Origin: a virus
Taxonomy: Duplodnaviria > Caudoviricetes
DNA: 24,095 bases
IMG/VR virus record: IMGVR_UViG_3300007643_000013
Span: 1 to 24,095 of that record
Direction: 5' to 3' (one strand)
This document shows, one piece after another, positions 9,326-17,745 of the stretch. The notes under the pieces are model-generated. The model did no database searches and was not told the DNA's origin. It worked only from the letters and a program-made list of their open reading frames with translations. How positions within the stretch are numbered: the first letter of the stretch is position 1; each line of letters starts with the position of its first letter. Made by a program: the position numbers and the translations under genes.

Positions 9326-9329
9326 AACC

Positions 9330-9935
9330 ATGAAACCCGCCCTGCTTATCGTCGAAGACTCCCGCGACCACGCCGAACTGGCGGTTGCGGTGCTGCGCGA
9401 GGCGGCAGGCGACGAGCTGAAGATCGTCTGCGCCGCCTCTCTCCACCAGGCGCAGGCCGAATGCCTCCGCACGGCGTTCGACGCAATCGTGCTGGATCTT
9501 GGCCTGCCGGGCAGCACCGGCCTGGAAACGCTACGGCGGCTGCGGAAAATCTGCACCGCGCCGCTGGTGGTGCTAAGCGGCGCCGTCAATCACTCGGGCC
9601 GCGTACAGGCGATCCTCGCCGGCGCCTGCACCGCCATCAGTAAAGACGATCTGGAAGCACTGCCCAGGGCGGTCGCCAACGCCATCCAGCAGGGCGCCGC
9701 GGGCCGCGAAGACCGCCGCGTCTGGGACGCCAAGCTGGACACCGTCTGCGGAGTACTTGAGCAGGTGCAGGCCGACGTGGCCGTAATCCGCCTGTCACTT
9801 TTTACCGGCCGCTCGGGCCCCGGGCTCCTGGACCGCGCCGCCCATAACACCCGGCTGGCCTGGCTGGCCGTCGTCTGCTCGCTGACCGGGTGGGCCGCCT
9901 GGGTGATCGCCGCCTACACCGGCAACAACCAGTAA
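9330..9935 (+). CDS. Receiver (REC) domain fused to coiled coil and C-terminal TM helix
   Basis: Start ATG 9330 (MKPALLIVED); E9-D10, D56 in VLDLGLP, S83, K105; ends GPGLLDR...LAWLAVVCSLTGWAAWVIAAY. Confidence 0.85.
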   Translation: MKPALLIVEDSRDHAELAVAVLREAAGDELKIVCAASLHQAQAECLRTAFDAIVLDLGLPGSTGLETLRRLRKICTAPLVVLSGAVNHSGRVQAILAGACTAISKDDLEALPRAVANAIQQGAAGREDRRVWDAKLDTVCGVLEQVQADVAVIRLSLFTGRSGPGLLDRAAHNTRLAWLAVVCSLTGWAAWVIAAYTGNNQ

Positions 9936-9974
9936 CCGCCAGCAGCAACCTGTCATTGTTCCGCCATCACTACC

Positions 9975-9990
9975 GTTGTCCCAGGACAAC
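9975..9990. promoter_or_regulatory. Palindromic site GTTGTCC-CA-GGACAAC, copy 2
   Basis: Ends 5 nt before ATG 9996 and contains the candidate RBS AGGA. Confidence 0.7.
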
Positions 9991-9995
9991 CCGCC

Positions 9996-10370
9996 ATGAC
10001 CACACCCGTCCAGAACGCCATCGCGGCCGCGCTCACCGTGACCAATGCGGCCGCCGGCCAGGCGGTGACCTTTGCGCGGGGCGGAATCACCGAAACCCTG
10101 ACGGTCACGCTCGGCAGCAGCCAGTTCGACCGGGAGTCATCCGGCGACGTGATTGCGACGTTTGAGACGGTCGACTTCCTGCTTGACCCGGTGGCGCTGG
10201 CGGCGCTGGTCGCCGCCGCCGGCCTGCCGCAGGTGGGCGACACTATCACCACCGCCAACGGCCGTATCCACAAGGTGGTGCACGGCGCCGGAGAAAAGCC
10301 GTACCGCTTTATGGATCAGTTCCGCACCGCGCTGCGGATCCACACCACACACACCGGGGAAACCGCATGA
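9996..10370 (+). CDS. Head closure / head-tail joining protein (gpFII-like)
   Basis: 124 aa, AGQAVTFARG, DFL, PQVGDTI; position. Confidence 0.7.
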   Translation: MTTPVQNAIAAALTVTNAAAGQAVTFARGGITETLTVTLGSSQFDRESSGDVIATFETVDFLLDPVALAALVAAAGLPQVGDTITTANGRIHKVVHGAGEKPYRFMDQFRTALRIHTTHTGETA

Positions 10371-10810
10371 CCACCTCACGCCACCGGCAGATCGCCGCCT
10401 CCCTGGCCACTAGCCTGGCTGGCGGCAGTTTCAGTCAGGCGTTCGCTACGCCGGCAGCCAAAGCGATCCAGCTAGCCGACCTGCCCGAAGTGCAATCGCT
10501 GACCGTCGCCGTGATGCCCAAGGGCCGCACCAGCAAGCGGCAGGCCCGCGGCATCTGGCACGACCACTACACCATCGCTGTCATTGTGCAGGCCGGCTGC
10601 GATGTGACCGACCTGGACCGCATCGACGAACTGGAACTGCTGGTCGAAGAGATCACCGACTTTGTCGACGCTGCGGGCCGCATGGCGGGCGCCGCGCTGA
10701 ACCCCGAAACCTCGCTCGATCCGCTGTTTCAATCTGACTGGCTAGGCGGCGAGCAATCGCAGTTTCTGGCCATGCCGGAATTCGTCTACCGCCTCGAGCG
10801 CGAACTATAA
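10367..10810 (+). CDS. Tail terminator (gpU-like)
   Basis: 147 aa, IAVIVQ...IDELELLVEEITDF; just before tail tube; ATGA coupling. Confidence 0.65.
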   Translation: MTTSRHRQIAASLATSLAGGSFSQAFATPAAKAIQLADLPEVQSLTVAVMPKGRTSKRQARGIWHDHYTIAVIVQAGCDVTDLDRIDELELLVEEITDFVDAAGRMAGAALNPETSLDPLFQSDWLGGEQSQFLAMPEFVYRLEREL

Positions 10811-10858
10811 GCACGCCGCAAACAACTGCAACCACAACACTAGCCACAGGAGTCACGG

Positions 10859-11332
10859 ATGACCCTCGCAGAAACCGAACGCACCGGCCTGGAATGTCAC
10901 GCCTATTACAACTCAGCCACCTACACCACCCCGACGTGGGTTGAAATGAAGCGGCTGCAGGACGTCGCTGTAGCGAAGGGCAAGAGCGCGGCCGATATGA
11001 AAAGCCGCCTGTCGAAATTCATGTACAAACGCGGCGTGTTCAAAGAAGTCAGCCTCACGGCCGGCTATCTCTACAAGGCCGGCGCCGACACCGTCCGCGA
11101 CGCCCTGCAGGCCAGCTATCTCCTCGGCACGCCGATGGACATGCTGATCCTGGACGACCTGGTCACCGAGACCGGCGCCAGCGGCATCCGCCTGTATGTC
11201 GAAGTCTTCAAGTTTGACGATGACCAGGCGATGGAGAACGGGATGTCGATCGCCATCGAAGCCTCGCCGGTGATGGTCTACGACGGCAGCGGCGACCTGA
11301 TCGAGCCGGATCTCGACTACGCCGTCAGCTAA
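10859..11332 (+). CDS. Major tail tube protein
   Basis: 157 aa, TPTWVEMKRLQDV, R.SKF, beta-rich; AGGAG RBS; upstream of chaperone and tape measure. Confidence 0.75.
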   Translation: MTLAETERTGLECHAYYNSATYTTPTWVEMKRLQDVAVAKGKSAADMKSRLSKFMYKRGVFKEVSLTAGYLYKAGADTVRDALQASYLLGTPMDMLILDDLVTETGASGIRLYVEVFKFDDDQAMENGMSIAIEASPVMVYDGSGDLIEPDLDYAVS

Positions 11333-11338
11333 CACCCG

Positions 11339-11409
11339 CGTTTCACTTTCGCGCAGTTCTGCTTCACTTTCACGCAGTTGCGTTTCAACATTTCCCCTTC
11401 ACGTTTCAC
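11339..11409 (+). repeat. Pyrimidine-rich intergenic direct repeats TTCACTTTC(G/A)CGCAGTT and CGTTTCA
   Basis: 17-mer copies at 11342-11358 and 11363-11379; CGTTTCA at 11339, 11381 and 11402. Confidence 0.65.
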
Positions 11410-11420
11410 AGGGCCTAGCC

Positions 11421-11633
11421 ATGAACCAGGAACACCTGCAGCAGCTCAAGCACGCCGCCAACGCCAACCGCCGCGGCCGTAGTACGGATGACATTCCGCC
11501 GCGTGAATTCATCAACATCCGCACCCGCGACTTCGTCGAGCTGGTCGACGCTGCGGCCGCCGCCACTGAAAGCAAGCCGGCCGAAAGCAAGCCGGCCGAA
11601 AACAAGCCTGCCGGAAACAAGCCGGCGAAGTAG
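11421..11633 (+). CDS. Small hypothetical protein with KPA repeats
   Basis: 70 aa ending ESKPAESKPAENKPAGNKPAK (15-bp repeats); fills the gap between tube and chaperone. Confidence 0.7.
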   Translation: MNQEHLQQLKHAANANRRGRSTDDIPPREFINIRTRDFVELVDAAAAATESKPAESKPAENKPAGNKPAK

Positions 11634-11688
11634 CCGCGGTCTGCGGCTTCAGTCTCAAACGGCGTTAACATCAACTGAAAGGCAACCG

Positions 11689-12228
11689 ATGGCGACCACC
11701 TTCCGCGACAGCCAGAACCGCACATGGGATCTGGCTCTCACGCATAGCACCGCGACGCGGCTCCGTAACCGTCTGGAGGTCAAGCTGTATGACGGCCAGC
11801 AGATCGTCGAGCAGCTGCTCGGTGACACCGAACTGCTGGTGAACACGATTTACGTGACCTGCCAGCCGCAATGCGACGCGGCCGGCGTGACCGATGAGGA
11901 CTTCGGCGCCGCGATGGGGGGCGACGCCATTGCTGAAGCCACCGCGGCGTTTCTGGAGGCCTTTGTAAATTTTTCCCCGCCCGCGAAGCGTCAGGTGCTG
12001 CAGAACCTGCTGACGAAGACGCGGGAGCTGGAGGCCAGGCAGGCCAAGGCAGCGCAGCGCCGGCTCGACTCCGGAGTGCTCGATACATTGGCCGCGAAGG
12101 CGGAAGAACAGACGGACGCGATGATCCAGAAGATGATTCAGAAGCAGACGCCGCCGCCAGCAGGGTCGACATCTGGGAGTTCATCGACAACGCCGCCGGC
12201 CGCAGCGGCATCGAACCCGGACCGCTGA
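11689..12228 (+). CDS. Tail assembly chaperone (gpG-like)
   Basis: ATG 11689 with GAAAGG RBS; FRDSQNRTW...EDFGAAMGGDAI...VNFSP; position before tape measure. Confidence 0.8.
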   Translation: MATTFRDSQNRTWDLALTHSTATRLRNRLEVKLYDGQQIVEQLLGDTELLVNTIYVTCQPQCDAAGVTDEDFGAAMGGDAIAEATAAFLEAFVNFSPPAKRQVLQNLLTKTRELEARQAKAAQRRLDSGVLDTLAAKAEEQTDAMIQKMIQKQTPPPAGSTSGSSSTTPPAAAASNPDR

Positions 12229-12446
12229 CGCTGCGGGAGTTTGTCCGCCGCGTCAAAGCCCAGCAGATGGCCGCCTGGGATCACACGGCCGCCCTGGCCG
12301 CCATGATCCACAACAGCCACTGTAAGGCCGGCGACGCCAAGCCGCCCAAGTACTTCCACCCGCTACTCGGCAGCCACGGCGCCGGTGACACACGGCTGAC
12401 CAAAGAAAACCTGCACGTGTGCAAAGAGGCGTTCCGCACGACGTAG
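11967..12446 (+). CDS. -1 frame extension (gpT-like) of the tail chaperone via slippery site A AAT TTT
   Basis: -1 frame open 11937-12446; encodes DIWEFID..GIEPGPLTLREF..AWDHTAALAAMIHNSH..YFHPL; in-frame heptamer at 11967-11973. Confidence 0.75.
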   Translation, partial: KFFPAREASGAAEPADEDAGAGGQAGQGSAAPARLRSARYIGREGGRTDGRDDPEDDSEADAAASRVDIWEFIDNAAGRSGIEPGPLTLREFVRRVKAQQMAAWDHTAALAAMIHNSHCKAGDAKPPKYFHPLLGSHGAGDTRLTKENLHVCKEAFRTT

Positions 12447-12485
12447 CCGCAGGCAATAGCCGCACGAACCAGCCGGAGGGACGCG

Positions 12486-12995
12486 GTGAGATACGACGCG
12501 AAAATTACTTCCATGTTCTTCGATAAGCCTGCTGTCGAGCGGGCGATCGATGCAGGCAAGCGGAAGGCGCTGGGTTACGCCGGCGGCGACATCCGCCGCC
12601 ACGCCCGGCGGCTGCTGAAGACCGTCAAACGGCCGAAATCCAAGAAGGCCAAAACCAGAGCCCGGCAGCTGAAGAAGTACGAATCACCCTCCGCTGCAGG
12701 TTCGCCGCCGAAAACGCGGACAACCGGCGAGCCCAACCTGCGGACCATTTTCTACGCCTGGGATAGCAGTAGCGGCTCCATGGTGGTTGGTGCGGTGGCG
12801 TTCAGCAGCCGCAGCACCGACCGCACGGCGCCCGACATCCACGAGCGGGGCGGCGCGGTGGTCATCCGCCGCCGGACACGCCGGAAGGTCAAGCGGATCA
12901 AGGCGAATTACCCCGCCCGCCCGGTGATGGGGCCCACGCTCAGCGCGGTGCTCCCCAAGCTTCCCGAGTCCACCCGCAACATGATCGGACCGTAA
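12486..12995 (+). CDS. Tail completion/neck protein (HK97 gp10-like), basic
   Basis: GTG with GGAGG; FFD..V, GSPP, IFYAWD, HERGG, YPARPVMGP. Confidence 0.7.
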   Translation: MRYDAKITSMFFDKPAVERAIDAGKRKALGYAGGDIRRHARRLLKTVKRPKSKKAKTRARQLKKYESPSAAGSPPKTRTTGEPNLRTIFYAWDSSSGSMVVGAVAFSSRSTDRTAPDIHERGGAVVIRRRTRRKVKRIKANYPARPVMGPTLSAVLPKLPESTRNMIGP

Positions 12996-12999
12996 CACC

Positions 13000-15045
13000 A
13001 TGGCATCCTCGAAAGACATCAAAGCCGGCGGCGCGTATCTATCATTGGGGCTCCGGCCGGCGATGGAACGCGGACTGAATCAAGCCCGGTCGCAACTCCG
13101 TAAATTCTCCAGGGGCAGCGCCGTAATTGGCGGTGCACTGCTGGGCGGCGCTTCGGTGGTGCTTGGTCCGCTGCTGGCGGCCTCGCTCAAGTTTGCCGCG
13201 GCTGGCGACCGGATGCACAAAATGAGCATCCGCACCGGCGTCAGCGTCGAGGCGCTTTCGCAGCTTGAACACGCCGCCAATGCCAGCGGCACAACGATGG
13301 AAGATGTGGCTTCCGGCATGTTCCGCGCTAACCGCCGCATCGGAAACGCCGCCAGCACCGGCGCCGGTCCGGCAGCCAAGGCGCTCGACAGGCTGAAGCT
13401 GTCCGCGGCGGAGCTGTCCAAGGAAACCCCCGACCAGCAGATGCTGCAACTAGCGGGCGCGCTGCAGGGAGTTGAGAACGCCGCGGAACGCGATCAACTC
13501 GCGTTTGAAGTGTTCGGCGGTAGCTTCCAGAAGATCAAGCCGCTGCTGGCCGACGGCGAAAAGGGAATCGTATCCCTAATGGAAGAAGCAGACCGCCTAG
13601 GCATCACAATGTCGACAAAGTCGGCCAACAGCGCGGCCGCCTATACCGACGCGATGGGAGCGCTGACCGGGCAGCTCAACGCGGCTCAGCTGCAGATAGG
13701 CGGCGCGCTGGCGCCTATGCTCACTGACCTGTTGAAGGTCACCCAGCCGCTGCTGACGGTAGGCATTAACTGGATCAAGAATAATAAGCAGCTGCTGGCC
13801 ACCATCGCCAAGGTCGCCGCCATTGTCGGCGTTGCCGGCGGCGCTCTGCTGCTGCTATCCGGAGCCGCGTCCGTTCTGGGGATGGTGCTGGGCGGAGCCG
13901 CCACGGTGGTCTCGGTGCTGGGGGCCGTGCTCGGCTTTGTACTCTCACCGGCTGGCCTGGTGATCGCTGCGGTCGCCGCCGCCACCTATGCGCTGCTGAA
14001 ATTCACCGAGGCCGGCAGAACCACCAGCAGCGTCGTCGCCCGCGGCTTTTCCTCGCTGCTGGGGATCGTCGGACCGGCCGCCCGTGGCATCACCAGCGCG
14101 CTATCCGTCGGGGACCTGTCCACCGCCGGGGCCATCGCCATGGAGACGCTGAAAATCATCTTCGCCAAAGGGCTGCGGTGGATCAGCAGTCAGTTCGAGG
14201 GCGCCTTTGGCGACACCGTCAGCACCATCGCCAACCAGGTGCTGGCGGGCGACCTGGCGGGCGCGTGGAACACCGTGATCGATTTAATGTACGGTACGTG
14301 GGGCGTTTTCGCCCAGGGTCTGTTTAACACCTTCGAGCAGTGGGTCGACCGTATCGTTAAAAAGTGGGAGACGGCCACCGGCTATATCGCCAGCAAGATC
14401 ACCGACTTGAATCTGTTTGGGGAAGCCGGCATCGGCAACCGTGGCATCGAGGCCGATGCAAAGAGGGCGGCCAGCCTCCGTAAGTCGATCGAGACCGCCA
14501 AGCAGGAGGCCCAGGCCGCCAGCGCTCAAGGCGACACGAAAGGCGCAGCCAGCCAGCTGAAGGTGGCCGCAGACTTCGCCCGCTCGCTGGAAAAACTTGA
14601 AGGCTCACTCGGCCGCGGCGCCCTGGATGAAATCAAGCAGATCTCCCGCGAAATCCTCGGCGGCCAGGGGGACAACTTCCGCGACGCCGCAAAAGACTCG
14701 CTGGCGTCGCTGCGATCCACCGCCGCCGAAGCGATCAAAAAGACCGGCGGCAACCGCGGCGGCGGCAACCAGCTGGACGCATCCATCGCCGCCAGCGAAC
14801 TGCGGCTGCAAGAGCTGATCGCCGGCGCCAAAGCGGCCGCCGACGCCGCCTATGCGGACCTGGCTAAAAAGGAAAGCGGCGGAGGCCCCCAGGGTCTGCG
14901 GTCGCAGGTGCTAAGCAGCGGGTTCGCCGCCGCGGTGGCTCAGTCGGGATCCGGACCGCAGGAGCGGCTGCTCAAGGCCAGCGAGGAGACCGCCCGCAAT
15001 ACGCGGGAGCTGGCCGGACGCAAGGGCCGCCCCGCGGTGACGTAA
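13000..15045 (+). CDS. Tail tape measure protein
   Basis: 681 aa Ala/Gly-rich helical protein, IKAGGAY start, RTGVSVEALSQL, hydrophobic central segments. Confidence 0.9.
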   Translation: MASSKDIKAGGAYLSLGLRPAMERGLNQARSQLRKFSRGSAVIGGALLGGASVVLGPLLAASLKFAAAGDRMHKMSIRTGVSVEALSQLEHAANASGTTMEDVASGMFRANRRIGNAASTGAGPAAKALDRLKLSAAELSKETPDQQMLQLAGALQGVENAAERDQLAFEVFGGSFQKIKPLLADGEKGIVSLMEEADRLGITMSTKSANSAAAYTDAMGALTGQLNAAQLQIGGALAPMLTDLLKVTQPLLTVGINWIKNNKQLLATIAKVAAIVGVAGGALLLLSGAASVLGMVLGGAATVVSVLGAVLGFVLSPAGLVIAAVAAATYALLKFTEAGRTTSSVVARGFSSLLGIVGPAARGITSALSVGDLSTAGAIAMETLKIIFAKGLRWISSQFEGAFGDTVSTIANQVLAGDLAGAWNTVIDLMYGTWGVFAQGLFNTFEQWVDRIVKKWETATGYIASKITDLNLFGEAGIGNRGIEADAKRAASLRKSIETAKQEAQAASAQGDTKGAASQLKVAADFARSLEKLEGSLGRGALDEIKQISREILGGQGDNFRDAAKDSLASLRSTAAEAIKKTGGNRGGGNQLDASIAASELRLQELIAGAKAAADAAYADLAKKESGGGPQGLRSQVLSSGFAAAVAQSGSGPQERLLKASEETARNTRELAGRKGRPAVT

Positions 15046-15066
15046 CCACGCAGGCGTTTTTTAAGG

Positions 15067-15082
15067 GTTGTCCTGGGACAAC
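15067..15082. promoter_or_regulatory. Palindromic site GTTGTCC-TG-GGACAAC, copy 3
   Basis: Exact reverse complement of copy 2; intergenic after the tape measure gene. Confidence 0.7.
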
Positions 15083-15088
15083 CGCCGC

Positions 15089-15152
15089 AACGGAAGCCAG
15101 GTAACGGAAGCCAGGTAACGGAAGCCAGGTAACGGAAACCAGGCAACGGAAG
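15089..15152 (+). repeat. 14-bp tandem repeat AACGGAAGCCAGGT, about 4.5 copies
   Basis: Three perfect copies 15089-15130, variant AACGGAAACCAGGC, partial AACGGAAG. Confidence 0.9.
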
Positions 15153-15166
15153 GGAAAGGAAGCCCG

Positions 15167-16006
15167 ATGACCATTTATGTTTTTGAAACGCCGGAAAGCC
15201 GCCAGCGGCGCGGATCCGCCGACGCCAACACAAACACCGCCAAGCTGGACTACGGCTGCTACGGGACCACCGACGACCAGGAAGCCGGCGACGCCATTCT
15301 GGCTGAAGCGCCGGCGACGTTCCGCGGCCTGGAGCAGAAAGACCTGGATCTGAATTCCCTTGGCGGCGACATCTGGCACGGGTCCCTTACCTACGTGAAC
15401 CCGGACGATGACCAGGAGCGCGAACCGCCGGACCTGGGCGAGTGGAAGATCTCATTCAGCGCAGGCGACCAGACGCAATTGATGAAGTTCGCCAAGGCCG
15501 GCAAAACGACCAGCTATCCGGAATCAGCCGCCGACCTTAACGGCGCCATCGGCATCGACAACAGCGACGGCAACATCACGGTCAACGGCGTCGAGACCCC
15601 GGTCGCTGGCGGCACAGAACTGACCATCCACTACCGCCTGGCCAAAGCCACCATCGATGAGGACTATGTCGATACGCTCGACAGCCTGCGCGGCAGACGC
15701 AACGACGCCACCTTCTACGGCTTCGCTGCCGGCCGGTTGCTGTTCCTGGGCGCCGACGGCGAAAACGGCAGCCGCGGGGACCCGGTCGTCGACTTCCGCT
15801 TCCTGCTCGATATCGACCTCACCGGCTTGCAGTACGGCGATATTGCGGGGGTCGCCAAGCCGGCGCACGCGCTGCTGGATATCGTCTGGGAGCACGACTA
15901 CGATTCCGGCGACGGCGTTACGCGGCCGAAGCCGGTGGCGGTTTACGTTCACGAGGTGCACGACGATGCAGACTTTGAGGACCTGGGCATCGGGACCGGG
16001 GTGTAA
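15167..16006 (+). CDS. Putative distal tail / tail-tip protein
   Basis: 279 aa acidic, first gene after tape measure; NGAIG, FYGFAAGRLLFLGA, KP.AVYVHEV. Confidence 0.65.
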   Translation: MTIYVFETPESRQRRGSADANTNTAKLDYGCYGTTDDQEAGDAILAEAPATFRGLEQKDLDLNSLGGDIWHGSLTYVNPDDDQEREPPDLGEWKISFSAGDQTQLMKFAKAGKTTSYPESAADLNGAIGIDNSDGNITVNGVETPVAGGTELTIHYRLAKATIDEDYVDTLDSLRGRRNDATFYGFAAGRLLFLGADGENGSRGDPVVDFRFLLDIDLTGLQYGDIAGVAKPAHALLDIVWEHDYDSGDGVTRPKPVAVYVHEVHDDADFEDLGIGTGV

Positions 16007-16008
16007 TC

Positions 16009-17745
16009 ATGGCGAAATACAAGCCAGGGCAGCAGAGCATTAAGGCGGCGGACATCAATCAGGCGGTCCGCGGAGCCCGCCTTGCGCTGCAGCAGCGCGG
16101 AGAAAAGTCAGGGGCGGGCCGTAGCAGCCGGCAGTCTGAGCGGGCTTTCAACCTCACCGGCGTCGACCTGGCGCCGTTCGACTGCTGCCACTTCAGCGGC
16201 CCGCCGACCGGGCTTAGCGACTACGATTTTCAGTACCGGCGGGTGTTGCCGCTGTCGCTGTTCAACGATCTGGAGAACGTCGTCTACGATGACCCGGTGG
16301 CGGTCGTCACGCAGTCGATCGCCAGCGGCAAAACGGGGCACGTGGTGGTCTCCGGTCTGACCGCCGCCCGTATCAACACCACCGCAGATAACCGCCACTA
16401 CAAGTACGCGCGGGGCGCTCCCGGTGAAACCTACCTGACCCCGGTCAACCGCGGACCGGCGCGGATCCTCTGGCGGCCTTCGACCGGGACGGGCTTGCAG
16501 CTGGCCTGGGTGATCCTGAACCAGCAGGCGGTCGAGTCCGTGTTCTACAAGTTCGTTTTGAATGAGGCGATGCGGGCGGCCCCTGACAGCTACGCGTCAG
16601 CCGACATTACCGGCATTTACAGCGGCACACCCAACTCTGAAGTGACGCTGTACGATCCCATGCAGATCCTCAGCACGCAGGCGCACCACACCAGCCTGCA
16701 GGGGGTCTGCATCCGCCACCGGGAAGTGTACTACGTGATTTCCGGGCAGCACTCGCTGGCGGCGCTCAACGACGTGCATCTGGGCGTGCTGGGCGGCGGC
16801 GCTGACGGGCACCTGCTGACGTTCGATTCCGGCACGCTGACCTGGGTCAACCAGTCCCGCGCCGACGCCAACATCGCGGCCGCCGACCATACACACAGCG
16901 GCTACGCTACCAGCAGCCACACGCACGACCTCAGCGACATCAGCGACTCGGGAGTCCTGGCGGCGCTCGACACCGTCGGCACGGGGCAGATCACCAATAA
17001 CGCCGTCAGCCTGGGGAAGCTGGCCACGATCGCCAGCGGCTCCCTGATGGGCCGCACGACGGCCGGCTTCGGCACGGTGGAGACGCTCACCGCGACCCAG
17101 GTACGCGCCCTGCTGAACGTCGCCAGCGGCGCCACTGCAGACCAGACAGACGCCGAGATCGAAACGGCTTATAACAACCAGGTCGCCGTGGTCGGCCAGG
17201 CTGAAGCCGAGGCCGGAACCGCCACCACGGTCCGCCGCTGGACCGCACAGCGGGTGAAGCAGGCCATTGAAGCGCTGGCCAGCAGCGGCAGCCACACCCA
17301 CGTGCTGGCCGACATTACCGACGCCGGCGACCTGGCGGCGCTCGACACGCTGGCCGCCAGTCTGCTGACCGGCCTGATCGCCGACGCCCGCGTTGCGCAG
17401 TCCAACGTTACCCAGCATCAGGCGGCGCTCGCAATCACCGAGTCGCAGATCAGCGACCTGGGCAGTTACGCCGCCAGCAGCCACACGCACACGCTGAGCG
17501 ATATCAGCGACGCCGGCGCCCTGGCCGCTGAAGACGATATCACGCAGTCGCAGATCAGCGACCTGCCGGCGCTGGCCTCGACCCTCGAAGCCGAAGCCGG
17601 TACGGAAACCGGCGAACGCCGCTGGTCGCCCGAGCGGATCGCCGAAGCGGTTGCGGCCCTGGGCGGTGGCGGCGGCAACGTCGACGGCGGCGCCGCGGCC
17701 AGCGTGTACCTATCAGCTCAATCGTTTGACGGAGGCGGCGCCTAA
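16009..17745 (+). CDS. Tail-tip/fibre protein 1
   Basis: N-terminal tail-attachment-like region; HTH.LSDISD fibre repeats, AEAEAGT..RRW repeats, DGG tail. Confidence 0.8.
   Translation: MAKYKPGQQSIKAADINQAVRGARLALQQRGEKSGAGRSSRQSERAFNLTGVDLAPFDCCHFSGPPTGLSDYDFQYRRVLPLSLFNDLENVVYDDPVAVVTQSIASGKTGHVVVSGLTAARINTTADNRHYKYARGAPGETYLTPVNRGPARILWRPSTGTGLQLAWVILNQQAVESVFYKFVLNEAMRAAPDSYASADITGIYSGTPNSEVTLYDPMQILSTQAHHTSLQGVCIRHREVYYVISGQHSLAALNDVHLGVLGGGADGHLLTFDSGTLTWVNQSRADANIAAADHTHSGYATSSHTHDLSDISDSGVLAALDTVGTGQITNNAVSLGKLATIASGSLMGRTTAGFGTVETLTATQVRALLNVASGATADQTDAEIETAYNNQVAVVGQAEAEAGTATTVRRWTAQRVKQAIEALASSGSHTHVLADITDAGDLAALDTLAASLLTGLIADARVAQSNVTQHQAALAITESQISDLGSYAASSHTHTLSDISDAGALAAEDDITQSQISDLPALASTLEAEAGTETGERRWSPERIAEAVAALGGGGGNVDGGAAASVYLSAQSFDGGGA

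Noticed and set aside
9156-9329. ORF-track long starts (9156, 11488, 18587, 22877, 22017, 20674)
   Set aside because: They overlap neighbouring genes or promoters; downstream ATGs fit RBS, coupling and domain boundaries better
15089-15152. CRISPR mini-array
   Set aside because: 14-bp units are contiguous with no spacers; no cas genes
16597-17490. 297-aa antisense ORF and many similar shadow ORFs
   Set aside because: Expected from high-GC codon bias opposite real genes; no motifs or RBS
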